Source: Candidatus Methylomirabilis sp. | Lineage (GTDB): Bacteria > Methylomirabilota > Methylomirabilia > Methylomirabilales > 2-02-FULL-66-22 | Assembly: GCA_035455275.1 (NCBI GenBank) | Contig: DATIFO010000085.1 | Location: 14,901 to 78,900 of the forward strand | Direction: 5' to 3' | Length of the DNA stretch: 64,000 nt | Shown here: positions 43,907 through 53,292 of the stretch, in pieces | How the letters are laid out: every line of letters starts with the position of its first letter | Position numbering within the stretch: the first letter of the stretch is position 1 | Made by a program: the position numbers and the translations under genes | Notes under the pieces: generated by a model | Told to the model about the DNA's origin: nothing | Database searches by the model: none | Seen by the model: only the letters and a program-made list of their open reading frames with translations

Positions 43907-45168
43907 GAGACGATCTCCTCGGGCGACCCGATTCGGCCAAGGACCGCAGAGGCGGCCGCTACGGCCGGGTTGGACAGATAGACTTCCGAGTCCACGGCCC
44001 CCATCCTCCCCCGGAAATTGCGATTGGTGGTCGCGATCGCCTTCTCCCCGGATGCCAGGATGCCCATGTGCCCCCCCAGGCAGGGACCACAGGTGGGCGT
44101 GCTCACGACACCTCCCGCTTGGATGAAGACCTCGATCAAGCCTTCCCTGAGGGCCTGAAGGTAGATCGTCTGCGTTGCAGGGATGATGATCAGTCGAACG
44201 CCCCGGTGCACCTTCCGACTTCGGAGAATGGATGCGGCGATCCTCAGATCCGTGATCCTTCCGTTGGTGCAGGATCCGATCACGGCCTGGTCTATCGCCA
44301 CGGTGCCGACCGCGCTCACGTCTCTGGAGTTGCTGGGAGAAAATGGCACTGCGACCTGGGGCTCCAGCTTGCCGACGTCAAGTTCGAGCTGTTCGACAAA
44401 GCTGGCGTCGGGATCGCTCCTGACCACCGCATACGGAAGCGTGACTCTTCCCTCCAGGTATTCGAGCGTGGCCTCGTCCGGCTCCATGATCGCCGTTTTT
44501 GCCCCCGCCTCTGAGGCCATGTTCGTGATGCTGAATCGATCGTCCATGGAAAGACTCGCGAGTGCCTCGCCGCCGAACTCGATGGAACGATAGCGAGCGC
44601 CCTCATCGCCGATGCGTGCCAGGGTATGGAGGATGAGGTCCTTGCCGGTCACCCATCGCCCGGGAGTGCCCCGGAAGGTGACCCGCATCGTTTCGGGCAC
44701 CCGCAGCCAGAGTCGACCGGTGGCGAGGACTGCGGCGCCATCGGTACTCCCGATGCCTGCGGCGAAGCAGCCGAGCGCTCCGGCGGTGCACGTGTGCGAG
44801 TCTCCGCCCAAGAACAGCATCCCCGGGTAGACGAAGCCCTGCTCGGCCAGGAGGGCGTGTTCAATGCCCATCTCGCCCAGCTCAAAAAACCGAATGCCAT
44901 GCGCCCTGGCGAACTCCCTTACCCGCCTGGTCTGTTCGGCGGCGCGCACATCCTTGTTGGGAACGGAATGGTCGGGGATGAGGACGACCTTGGCAGGATC
45001 GAAAACTCTCCCGATGCCGATCTGCTCGAACTGGTCGATGGCAATGGGTGTTCCCAGGTCGTTCATCATCAAGAGGTCTACCTCGGCTTCGATGATTTGA
45101 CCCGGCGCCACCTCCTTGTTGCCGCTATGCGCCGCCAGAATCTTCTGGGAAATCGTCAGGCCAGACAT
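43903..45168 (-). CDS. aconitase-family hydro-lyase large subunit, archaeal type (LeuC/HacA/DmdA-like)
   Basis: TISQKILAAHSG, DHSVPN, the Fe-S cysteines (GGDSHTCTAG, IGSCTNGR, CGPCLG). AGGAGGA SD 7 nt before the ATG at 45168. Confidence 0.9.
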   Translation of the reverse strand: MSGLTISQKILAAHSGNKEVAPGQIIEAEVDLLMMNDLGTPIAIDQFEQIGIGRVFDPAKVVLIPDHSVPNKDVRAAEQTRRVREFARAHGIRFFELGEMGIEHALLAEQGFVYPGMLFLGGDSHTCTAGALGCFAAGIGSTDGAAVLATGRLWLRVPETMRVTFRGTPGRWVTGKDLILHTLARIGDEGARYRSIEFGGEALASLSMDDRFSITNMASEAGAKTAIMEPDEATLEYLEGRVTLPYAVVRSDPDASFVEQLELDVGKLEPQVAVPFSPSNSRDVSAVGTVAIDQAVIGSCTNGRITDLRIAASILRSRKVHRGVRLIIIPATQTIYLQALREGLIEVFIQAGGVVSTPTCGPCLGGHMGILASGEKAIATTNRNFRGRMGAVDSEVYLSNPAVAAASAVLGRIGSPEEIVS

Positions 45169-45279
45169 CCAGAATCCTCCTCTGACCGGTATCAGGCCTT
45201 CCGTCACTCGGCCGGCACTACCGGGGTCATGCTGTCGCCTGGATCGTCGCCTCTCCCCCGAGTTCTCCCGGTCGGTGCC

Positions 45280-46455
45280 CTACTGAGCTGGGAGAAAGGC
45301 CCAGCCATCGGAGAGAATCCTGGCCGTCCGTCCGACCCATGCCTCCTGCAGGGCCCAGGTGTCGTTTCTGTTGGAGACGGATACCTTGATGTCAATGATT
45401 CCCGCAGGGTGGCCGATGCGCACCACCGGCCGGCCGTGAGCCTCGCCGCGCATCGCCTCGTAGACGATGCTCCCCTTGACCCGGGCGGCTGCCCCGGTCG
45501 CAATGGTACCCGTGACCGCATAGGCCTTGTGCCACGTGGCGTTGGCGACCAGGCGACAAACAACCTCGAGGCTATCCCCCTTCACCATCCCGCCGGTCAG
45601 ATGGTTCGGGTAGTTGCAGGGAGGCGCCACCAGAATGAAAAAGGGGTTACAGATCAGTGCCGTATCCAGCGCCTTGCGGTCGGCGATCAGACCAAGCTGC
45701 TCCGCGAACTGCGCCCTCACGTCCTCCAGGCGTCTGATCACGTTCTCCTGCTGCAACGTCCGGAGCGAGGCGTCGGCCGAAATCCCCAGGTCGGAGGCAC
45801 GCACGAACACCCCCAGGTTCCCCGCGTCGACCACCGAGGCCTCGAGGTCCCCCAGGCCCTCGATCCGGAATGTATCCCGAACATTTCCGGTGGGAAGCAG
45901 ACCCTTCTTCAGGATTCCCCCTTCCATCTGAGCATAGTCGAGATCGATGCGGGCGGCCGTTCCCGGCACGCCATCTATGGCATAGTCCCCGAGAGCTTTG
46001 AGCTGTCCTCCCTCAACGGGAAAGCGTGCGGTGATGACCTTCCCCACGTTCACCATGTGAATACGGATGGAGGCGACCGCTTCCTGGCTCTCCGCAAGCC
46101 CCCGGAAGAGGGCAAAGGGGCCGACAGCGGCTGACAGGTTCCCACAGTTCGCCGCGTAATCCACGGCGGGGACGTTGATCCCTACCTGGCCGAACAGATA
46201 ATCGACCGCCGCATCCTTGTGGGTGGAGGGGCCGAGGATCGCCACCTTGCTCGTCAAGAGCTCCGCCCCGCCGAGACCGTCGATCTGGCGCAGGTCGGGA
46301 CTCCCGAAGAGTCGGAGAATAACTCTGTCACGTTCCTTCTCATCTGAAGGAAGGTCGTTACGCAGAATGAAGAGTCCCTTGCTGGTGCCTCCACGGACGA
46401 TTGCCAGACGGATTGCCGTCGCACTTCCACTGTATCCATAGACTGTCTGTTGCAT
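45280..46455 (-). CDS. PrpF/AcnD-accessory family isomerase (methylaconitate/methylitaconate/oxalomesaconate isomerase family)
   Basis: IRGGTSKGLF, SKVAILGPS and the catalytic Cys context ANCGNLSAAVGPFA. Confidence 0.85.
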   Translation of the reverse strand: MQQTVYGYSGSATAIRLAIVRGGTSKGLFILRNDLPSDEKERDRVILRLFGSPDLRQIDGLGGAELLTSKVAILGPSTHKDAAVDYLFGQVGINVPAVDYAANCGNLSAAVGPFALFRGLAESQEAVASIRIHMVNVGKVITARFPVEGGQLKALGDYAIDGVPGTAARIDLDYAQMEGGILKKGLLPTGNVRDTFRIEGLGDLEASVVDAGNLGVFVRASDLGISADASLRTLQQENVIRRLEDVRAQFAEQLGLIADRKALDTALICNPFFILVAPPCNYPNHLTGGMVKGDSLEVVCRLVANATWHKAYAVTGTIATGAAARVKGSIVYEAMRGEAHGRPVVRIGHPAGIIDIKVSVSNRNDTWALQEAWVGRTARILSDGWAFLPAQ

Positions 46456-46600
46456 CTTCCCTCACTCCTGTCTGCGCGTGATGGTTCGCACGAGTCAGCC
46501 TGACAGCCCGGGCGCGGGAGGATTCAATACATCTCTGCCCTCTAGAGCTTCCGTGTTTCCTGGGCGGGGGACGAGGCCGCCTGCTTGTTGAGTGCCCATC

Positions 46601-46630
46601 ACAATACCTCCCATGGAAAGACCATGTCAA
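46601..46630 (-). promoter_or_regulatory. sigma70-like promoter candidate for the prpF-led operon (TTGACA-18 nt-TATTGT)
   Basis: Minus strand reads gatgTTGACAtggtctttccatgggaggTATTGTgatg, about 145 nt upstream of the prpF-like start. Confidence 0.45.
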
Positions 46631-46745
46631 CATCGGGTCAAGACTTGTCCGTCCAGGTACTCAACGTGCGTGATGCGTCCGAACCATCCGCGATGAGGCG
46701 ATGAGATGATGTCCCGGATCGCACTCTTCACGAGCTGGTTTTGGC

Positions 46746-46774
46746 TTGACACAGATTCCCGGGTGCAGCATGCT
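46746..46774 (+). promoter_or_regulatory. promoter candidate of the recurrent TTTTGGCTTGACAC...GCATGCT family (amidohydrolase gene)
   Basis: ctggTTTTGGCTTGACACagattcccgggtgcagCATGCTccg with a 17-nt spacer. Confidence 0.5.
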
Positions 46775-46875
46775 CCGCTCGCCAAACCTTCCTTGGCCGC
46801 TGCCCGGGCCGGCGTCGGCTCCCCCGGAGGCCGCAGGGACCTGCGGGCAAGGGGCGAGGAACCGGGAGGAACAGC

Positions 46876-47778
46876 ATGATCGTTGACATGCACCGCCACC
46901 TGTGGTCCGTATTCGAGCGCCATCCCAGCGCCAGCCATCTCTTCACGCGGCGGTTCGGCTCCCCTGGAGGCCAGGAGGTCACACTCGATGCGGAAAGACG
47001 GGCAGCCGATGTCCTGGCTGAAATGGACGAGGCTGGAATCGGTCGGACGGTGATCGTGGTGGCGGATTTCGCCCTGCGGCTGGGGGAGGGCCTGTTTGCC
47101 ATCGAGGAGGAAAACCGGCTGGTCGCCGGCCTCGGACGGTCCCATGCCGGCAGGATTCTCCCCTTCCTGGGCGTCGATCCCAGACGTCCCGGCGCGCTGG
47201 AGCTCTTCCGCAAGGGCCTCGACGAGTGGGGCATGGCCGGTCTCAAGCTGCATCCCGCCAGCGGGTTCTTCCCGTATGATCCCGTCTGCTTGCCCCTCTT
47301 CGATCTGGCCGGCCAACGAGGCGTGCCGGTCCTGGTTCACACCGGCCCGATGGTTGCCCCGCTCCTCAGTCGCATGGCGCAGCCTGTCCACCTGGACGAG
47401 GTGGCCGCAGACTTCCCCAGGACAACCATCATCATGGCCCACGTTGGGCTGTGCTGGTGGGAGGAGGCCTTGAGCATTGCCTGGCACAAGCCCAACGTCG
47501 TTCTCGAGCTGTCCACGTGGCAGTGGACCTTCCTGAGGGACCCCCGGGAGTTCGTCCGTGCAGTCGCCACCATGAAGGACAGCATTGGCGCCGAGCGGAT
47601 CGTCTTCGGCAGCGACTTCCCCGCCCTGCGGGGGGCGATGTCCTTGCGGAGCTGGGTCGAGGTGTTCCAGGGGCTCCCCGACCTGGCCCGGGAGCACGGT
47701 CACCGCATCTCCGACTCCGAAGCCCAGGCCATACTGGGTGGGAATGCCGAAAGACTGCTCCATCTGGGCGACTCATAG
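46876..47778 (+). CDS. amidohydrolase_2 family metal-dependent hydrolase/decarboxylase
   Basis: IVDMHRHLW (HxH), GLKLHP, VLVHTG, MAHVG and FGSDFP form the amidohydrolase TIM-barrel ligand pattern. Confidence 0.85.
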   Translation: MIVDMHRHLWSVFERHPSASHLFTRRFGSPGGQEVTLDAERRAADVLAEMDEAGIGRTVIVVADFALRLGEGLFAIEEENRLVAGLGRSHAGRILPFLGVDPRRPGALELFRKGLDEWGMAGLKLHPASGFFPYDPVCLPLFDLAGQRGVPVLVHTGPMVAPLLSRMAQPVHLDEVAADFPRTTIIMAHVGLCWWEEALSIAWHKPNVVLELSTWQWTFLRDPREFVRAVATMKDSIGAERIVFGSDFPALRGAMSLRSWVEVFQGLPDLAREHGHRISDSEAQAILGGNAERLLHLGDS

Positions 47779-47979
47779 AGATCGTCCGGACGACCACCAG
47801 GCGAAGCAAACCCGGGGCATCGTTTCAGAAGGGATGGGCCGGCACCTGCACACGGCCCGCCCGAATCCGTCGCGCCAGAGCCCGTCGGTGAAGCCTCGCC
47901 CAACGGGGCGATCCATCCGCACTTGCCTCGCACCGGCCCCCTCGCTCCTTCGCACCCCCGCCCCTGGGATGGTTTTTGC

Positions 47980-48010
47980 TTGACACCGCCCCCCCGGGTT
48001 ACGTTATGCT
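47980..48010 (+). promoter_or_regulatory. promoter candidate of the recurrent family, upstream of the leuD relic and leuB
   Basis: ggTTTTTGCTTGACACcgcccccccgggttacgtTATGCTccc with a 19-nt spacer (18 nt if the -10 is read as TTATGC). Confidence 0.45.
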
Positions 48011-48094
48011 CCCGCGCGGTCCGGGGCGGGAGGGCCTCGTACTGAGCGTATCTCGGCAGGACCACTCGCGCCAACCGCACGTCCCTATCGCCGC

Positions 48095-48374
48095 CACCCC
48101 GTTGTGTTCGTGCGCACGCAGCTCGCGAGCCGACAAGCGGAGGGGGCACCGGGCTACCGGCTGACGGTGGCTCCCCCGCGCGCAGGGCGTGCGCACGCCG
48201 GGGGGCGAGTCCCTGCCGTTCCCGATCGACGCTTTCCGCAAGCGCTGCATCATCCAGAGCCTCGACCCCATCGCCCAAGCGCTCACGCACGCCGAGCGCA
48301 TCCGTGCCTTCGAGGCCTGGCGGGGCGCCGAGGCGCCCTGGATCTTCCGCGGCTTCACGGAGGTGAGTCCATGA
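48095..48374 (+). pseudogene. leuD: C-terminal relic of a bacterial-type 3-isopropylmalate dehydratase small subunit (leuD), frameshifted
   Basis: Frame ending at 48374: ...[47 protein letters not shown]. This aligns with the E. coli LeuD C-terminus as I recall it ([36 protein letters not shown]). Just upstream, in another frame, [11 protein letters not shown] resembles the LeuD ...LTVDL segment, so a shift must occur near 48168-48172. The roughly 110 N-terminal residues and the whole of leuC are absent. Confidence 0.6.
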
Positions 48375-49435
48375 CCATCGCGATCCTGCCCGGTGACGGC
48401 ATCGGCCCCGAAGTCGTGACGCAGGCGGTGCGGGTCCTCCGGGCCCTCCAGCGCCGGGGCGTGCGCCTCGAGCTGGCGGAGGCCCCCATCGGCGCCACCG
48501 CCTACGAGCAGCACGGCGACCCCCTCCCCCCGGCCACCTTTGACCTCGCCCGGCGGGCGGACGCCATTCTCTTCGGGGCGGCCGGCGGCTTCGAGTACGA
48601 GACGCTGCCGCGCGGCAAGCGGCCGGGGGATGCCGTGCTGCGGCTGCGCAAGACGCTCACCCTCTACGCCAACTTCCGGCCCGCCATCCTGTTCCCCGAG
48701 TTGCTCGGCGCCTCGACCCTGAAGCCCGAGGCCGTGCGCGGTCTCGACCTGCTCATCCTCCGCGAGCTGAACGGCGACATCTACTTCGGCGAGCCCCGCG
48801 GCAGCACCACGGGCGCCGACGGCCAGCGCGCGGCCTTCAACACCATGCGCTACCAGGAGGCCGAGGTGGCGCGCATCGCCCACGTCGCCTTTCGCGCGGC
48901 GCGGGGGCGGCGGCGCAAGGTCTGCTCGGTCGACAAGGCGAACGTGCTGGAGACCTCGGAGCTGTGGCGGAGCGTGGTCACGGAGGTCGGTCGCCAGTAT
49001 CCCGACGTGGAGCTGACCCACCTGTACGTGGACGCCGCCGCCATGTCCCTGGTGCGCAAGCCGACCCAGTTCGATGTCATCGTGACCGGCAACCTCTTCG
49101 GCGACATCCTGTCCGATGAGGCGGCGATGCTCACCGGCTCCATCGGCATGCTGCCCTCGGCCTCGCTGGGGGAGGGAACCAAGGGGCTCTACGAGCCGGT
49201 GCACGGCTCGGCCCCCGACATCGCCGGCAAGGACATCGCCAATCCGCTGGCCGCCATCCTGTCGGCCGCCATGCTGCTGCGCCAGAGCCTCGGCCTCGCC
49301 GAGGCCGCCGGACAGGTCGAGCGGGCGGTGCGCGCGGCCCTGGCCCAGGGCTATCGCACGGCCGACATCGCGGAGCCGGGCGGGCGGCTGGTCGGCACGG
49401 AGCAGATGGGCGCCGCTGTCGTCGCGGCCATCTGA
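48371..49435 (+). CDS. leuB: 3-isopropylmalate dehydrogenase
   Basis: [31 protein letters not shown] and [35 protein letters not shown]; the ATG at 48371 overlaps the relic stop (ATGA). Confidence 0.95.
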   Translation: MTIAILPGDGIGPEVVTQAVRVLRALQRRGVRLELAEAPIGATAYEQHGDPLPPATFDLARRADAILFGAAGGFEYETLPRGKRPGDAVLRLRKTLTLYANFRPAILFPELLGASTLKPEAVRGLDLLILRELNGDIYFGEPRGSTTGADGQRAAFNTMRYQEAEVARIAHVAFRAARGRRRKVCSVDKANVLETSELWRSVVTEVGRQYPDVELTHLYVDAAAMSLVRKPTQFDVIVTGNLFGDILSDEAAMLTGSIGMLPSASLGEGTKGLYEPVHGSAPDIAGKDIANPLAAILSAAMLLRQSLGLAEAAGQVERAVRAALAQGYRTADIAEPGGRLVGTEQMGAAVVAAI

Positions 49436-49466
49436 GCGGCGCGGGTGTGGACGAAGGTCGAGGATC

Positions 49467-50405
49467 ATGTCCGAGAGAACTCCCTTCGGAGAAGGAGAAT
49501 CCGCCGTGACTAGAGCGGACGAGCTGCTGAACGGTGCTATTGACATGCATTTTCACTCGTATCCGGAATGTGGCCTCGAGATGGCTCGCCGATACACGCT
49601 CGAAGAGCATGCCGCTGAAATGCTGAGGGCCGGGATGAAGGGGTTTGTGCTGAAATCTCACTTCTGGCCCACGGCGGAACGGGCGTTCTCCCTGCGACAG
49701 TCGCTGCCGGGCTTGGAGGTGTTTGGGAGTATTACCTTGAACCCGACCGCGGGTGGGCTGAAGCGCTGGGCGCTGGAAGCCGCGGTGAAGCAAGGGGCGA
49801 AAGTCGTCTGGCTTCCCACCTGGAGCGCCAAGGGCGATATCTCGCGGAACGGAGTGATTCGAATGATCCGGGGATATTTCCCCTCGTTTGAAGAGTTCAC
49901 GCTGGGGCAGGCGATCAGCCTGATCGACGAAGGAGGGGAGCTGACACGCGAAGCAGCCGAGATCATCTCGTTGGTCAAGGAATTGGATGTCGCCCTGTCC
50001 ACCGGACATATCTCCCCGGTGGAGACCCTGGCGGTCGCCCGGGAGGCCAAGCGAATAGATTTCCGCAAGCTGATCTTTGGCCACCCGGATTCCAGGTCGG
50101 TGGGCGGCAGCTTCGAGCAGGTGGTCGAAGTGGCCGGCTTGGGAGGCTATGTGGAGATCTGTGCGCTTGGCCTCATGCCTCTCATGTGGAGGATCACACC
50201 CGACGAGTTCAAGCGCACCATTCAAACCGTCGGAGCGAGCCGGTGCATCCTGACGACGGACTACTTCTTTGATTGGTTGCCGTCTGGCCCGGAAATGCTC
50301 CGGCTGCTGATCGCGTGCCTGCTGGAGATCGGCATCACGGCGGACGAGATCAGGGAAATGGCAGTGGTGAACCCTCGCAGACTCTTGAATCTCGAAATGG
50401 AGTAA
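49467..50405 (+). CDS. amidohydrolase-superfamily TIM-barrel protein (DUF6282-like)
   Basis: AIDMHFHSYPE, GFVLKSHFWPT, VFGSITLN, VVWLPTWSA, LSTGHIS and TTDYF suggest a metal-dependent hydrolase fold. The family name is from memory only. Confidence 0.7.
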   Translation: MSERTPFGEGESAVTRADELLNGAIDMHFHSYPECGLEMARRYTLEEHAAEMLRAGMKGFVLKSHFWPTAERAFSLRQSLPGLEVFGSITLNPTAGGLKRWALEAAVKQGAKVVWLPTWSAKGDISRNGVIRMIRGYFPSFEEFTLGQAISLIDEGGELTREAAEIISLVKELDVALSTGHISPVETLAVAREAKRIDFRKLIFGHPDSRSVGGSFEQVVEVAGLGGYVEICALGLMPLMWRITPDEFKRTIQTVGASRCILTTDYFFDWLPSGPEMLRLLIACLLEIGITADEIREMAVVNPRRLLNLEME

Positions 50406-50514
50406 ATCCCTGGGTGATGCCCCTGGCTCGGCTCTCCGGGCAGCCGAGACGTGTCGCGCCCTGACTGCTCTCGTTGATGCTGTGCTGCAACTTCCGAACC
50501 GTGAGGAGGAAGCG

Positions 50515-52194
50515 ATGAGCGATCACCCGACCGATTCAAGGCATCCGTTGGGCATCAACCGCCGGACCTTTCTCAAGCAGGCGGGGGCCGCTGGCGTGGG
50601 GTCAGTCCTGGCCTCGCGGCTGTCCACGCCTGATTCCGCATATGCGCAGGATTCCACGGTCAAGGCTGATCCCCGTGCAAGGCGGGGCGGCACCCTGCGG
50701 TTCGGCGTCAACAGCTCCCCGGCCCACTTCGACGTCCACCAGTCGAACAGCGTCAGCAATATCGGCGCGCAGGCTCCCATGTACGACCTCTTGATCCGGC
50801 GCGACCCGCGCGACGGCCAGACCATCATTCCCGACCTCGCCACGCGGTGGGAGATCTCGCCGGACGGCAAGAAGTATACCTTTCACCTTCGGCGCGGGGT
50901 GAAATTCCACGACGGCGCCGACTTCACGGCGGAGGACGTCAAGGCGACCTACCAGCGGATCGTCTCTCCCCCGAAGGGCGTGGTCATCCCGCGGACGCCG
51001 CTGTTCTCGGTGGTGTCCGACATCGTCGCCCTTGACCCCTACCGCATCGAGTTCCGGCTCGGCGATTCGCGGCCCCAGGCCCTGATGCTCGGTGCCTTCG
51101 CGTGCGGCTTCAACATCATCCTGCGGAAGAAAACCCTGGACGACAACGGGGGCAACTTGCGGCAGGTGATGGCGTATCCGGGCACCGGGCCGTTCCGCCA
51201 CGTCTCGCGGACGGACAAGGAAGTCTGGATCCAGGAGAGGAATCCGAACTACTGGAACAAGGGGTTGCCGTATTTCGACAGGCTGGAGATCTATCACCTG
51301 CTGCCGTTCTCGCCCGAACTGGGCTCCGCCCTCCTGGCCGGCAAGATCGACTACGGACGGCTGATCGATCCGGTGACCTGGCGCAAGGCCAAGGAGACGC
51401 GGGGCATGCATGCGGCGGAGTTCAACCAGAGCGTCATCCAGGCGGTGTGCGTGAACAACAAGAAACCTCCGCTCGGCGACCCGCGCGTCCGCCGAGCGAT
51501 GCACCTCGCGCTCGACCGGTACGCCCTCCTCGACGTGGTGAAGGACGTGGCGCCCATGACCATCGGCGGCTTCGTGTATCCCATGCACGAGCTGTCGACG
51601 CCCGCCTCGGGGCTGGCCAATCGCCTCGGCTACCAGCGCGACACGCGGGCGGCCGTCCAGGAGGCCAAGCGACTCCTGGCCGAGGCCGGGCATGCTGGTG
51701 GGATCAAGAACCTGACGTTCGTCGTGCGCGACATGATCAGCTACAAGCTCTGGGGCGTGGCCGTCCAGTCCATGCTCAAGGAGACGCTCAATATCGAGAC
51801 GAACCTGCGCATCGTGCAGGCCTCGCAGGTGTACGAAGACGCGGCGGCCGGGAACTTCGACCTGTTGATCACCAGCATCACCTCCACGCTCATGGACCCG
51901 TCCGATTTCTTCGGCTCCTGGTACGGCAAGGACGGCCCGTTGAACTTTTCTCAATGGACCAACCCGGCCTTCCACGATCTCGCACGTCAAATCGAGCGCG
52001 AGGTGGACCAGGGCAAGCGCAAGAGCATGGTGCGCCAGGCAGAGGGGATACTGGAGTCGGACCCGCCGCTCCTGCCGCTCTGCTACGAGATCATCTACGA
52101 CGCCTGGCACGATCGCGTGCGCGGTCAGAACCCGTCCACCTATTTCGGAATCTACGACGTGGACCGCTGGGACAATGTGTGGCTCGCGACCTAG
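50515..52194 (+). CDS. ABC transporter substrate-binding protein, family 5 (peptide/opine/nickel type), Tat signal
   Basis: INRRTFLKQAGAAGVGSVLA, then the SBP_bac_5 pattern (GGTLRFGV..., DLATRWEISPDGKKYTFHLRRGVKFHDG). GAGGAGGA SD. Confidence 0.9.
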   Translation: MSDHPTDSRHPLGINRRTFLKQAGAAGVGSVLASRLSTPDSAYAQDSTVKADPRARRGGTLRFGVNSSPAHFDVHQSNSVSNIGAQAPMYDLLIRRDPRDGQTIIPDLATRWEISPDGKKYTFHLRRGVKFHDGADFTAEDVKATYQRIVSPPKGVVIPRTPLFSVVSDIVALDPYRIEFRLGDSRPQALMLGAFACGFNIILRKKTLDDNGGNLRQVMAYPGTGPFRHVSRTDKEVWIQERNPNYWNKGLPYFDRLEIYHLLPFSPELGSALLAGKIDYGRLIDPVTWRKAKETRGMHAAEFNQSVIQAVCVNNKKPPLGDPRVRRAMHLALDRYALLDVVKDVAPMTIGGFVYPMHELSTPASGLANRLGYQRDTRAAVQEAKRLLAEAGHAGGIKNLTFVVRDMISYKLWGVAVQSMLKETLNIETNLRIVQASQVYEDAAAGNFDLLITSITSTLMDPSDFFGSWYGKDGPLNFSQWTNPAFHDLARQIEREVDQGKRKSMVRQAEGILESDPPLLPLCYEIIYDAWHDRVRGQNPSTYFGIYDVDRWDNVWLAT

Positions 52195-52250
52195 GTTGAG
52201 GTAGGATCCGGGCCGGCGCACCCGATGGCTGCGCCGGCCACAGGACTCAC

Positions 52251-53207
52251 ATGGGAAAGTACGTCGTTCGCCGCGCGCTCCTCGGGACCTCCACCCTGAT
52301 CGGAGTCTCGGTGATCATCTTCGTGGTTCTCCGGATCCTGCCCGGCGATCCACTGGTCGCCATCTTTGGCGCGGAAGGCTTCCAGAAGCTCACCCCCGCC
52401 GATCGGGCCCGCATCATGGCGGAGCTGGGCCTCAGCGAGTCGCTGCCGGTGCAGTACGCTCGCTGGGTGCTCAGCATCGCCAGCGGCAGCTTCGGCAGCT
52501 CGTTCTTCCGCGGTGAGAGTGTTTCGCAGATGCTCCTGCACAGGGGGCCGCTGAGCGCGGAGATCGGTGTGCTGTCGGTGATCATCTCATGGCTGGTGGG
52601 GTTGCCGGTCGGGATCCTCAGCGCCCTCCGTCCGAACAGCCTGCGCGACACCGTTGCCCGCTCGGTCTCGGTTCTGTTCTTGGCGATCCCGGGCTTCTGG
52701 CTCGGGATGCTGGTCGTGCTTGCCACCCTCTTCTGGTTCAACTACAAGGCCCCCATCCTGGTCGTGCACGTGTGGCAGGATCCGTGGGTCAACCTCCAGC
52801 TCGTCATCGGGCCTGCCGTGGTGCTGGGCCTGGGTCAGGGCGCCTACATCTCCCGAATGTCGCGCTCCTGCCTGCTCGAGGTCATCCGGGAGGACTATGT
52901 CCGCACCGCCCGCGCCAAGGGGTTGAAGGAAGGGTGGATCGTCATGCGCCACGCCCTGCCGAACGCGCTCCTGCCCGTCATCACGCTCTCGGGGATCCTG
53001 ATGGGATTCGTGCTCGGCGGCTCGATCGCCGTCGAGCAGGCCTTCGGCGTGCCAGGGCTCGGCCGCACACTCATCGTGGCGGTGATCGAGCGGGACACGA
53101 TCGTGATCCAGAACCTGGTGCTGCTGTATGCGCTCATCTTCATCTGCATCAACGTCCTGATCGACCTGAGTTACGCCTGGCTCGACCCGCGGATCCGCCA
53201 CGGCTGA
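52251..53207 (+). CDS. ABC transporter permease (DppB/OppB-like)
   Basis: MGKYVVRRALLGTSTLIGVSVIIFVVLRILPGDP and the EAA region (DYVRTARAKGL). Confidence 0.9.
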   Translation: MGKYVVRRALLGTSTLIGVSVIIFVVLRILPGDPLVAIFGAEGFQKLTPADRARIMAELGLSESLPVQYARWVLSIASGSFGSSFFRGESVSQMLLHRGPLSAEIGVLSVIISWLVGLPVGILSALRPNSLRDTVARSVSVLFLAIPGFWLGMLVVLATLFWFNYKAPILVVHVWQDPWVNLQLVIGPAVVLGLGQGAYISRMSRSCLLEVIREDYVRTARAKGLKEGWIVMRHALPNALLPVITLSGILMGFVLGGSIAVEQAFGVPGLGRTLIVAVIERDTIVIQNLVLLYALIFICINVLIDLSYAWLDPRIRHG

Positions 53208-53292
53208 GGAGATCGCCGTCACCCTGGGTCTCGGCCGCTCGCCGTGTGTGATCCGGTCGTGCCCTGGCCACCCCAGCCGATCGGGAGACGTT

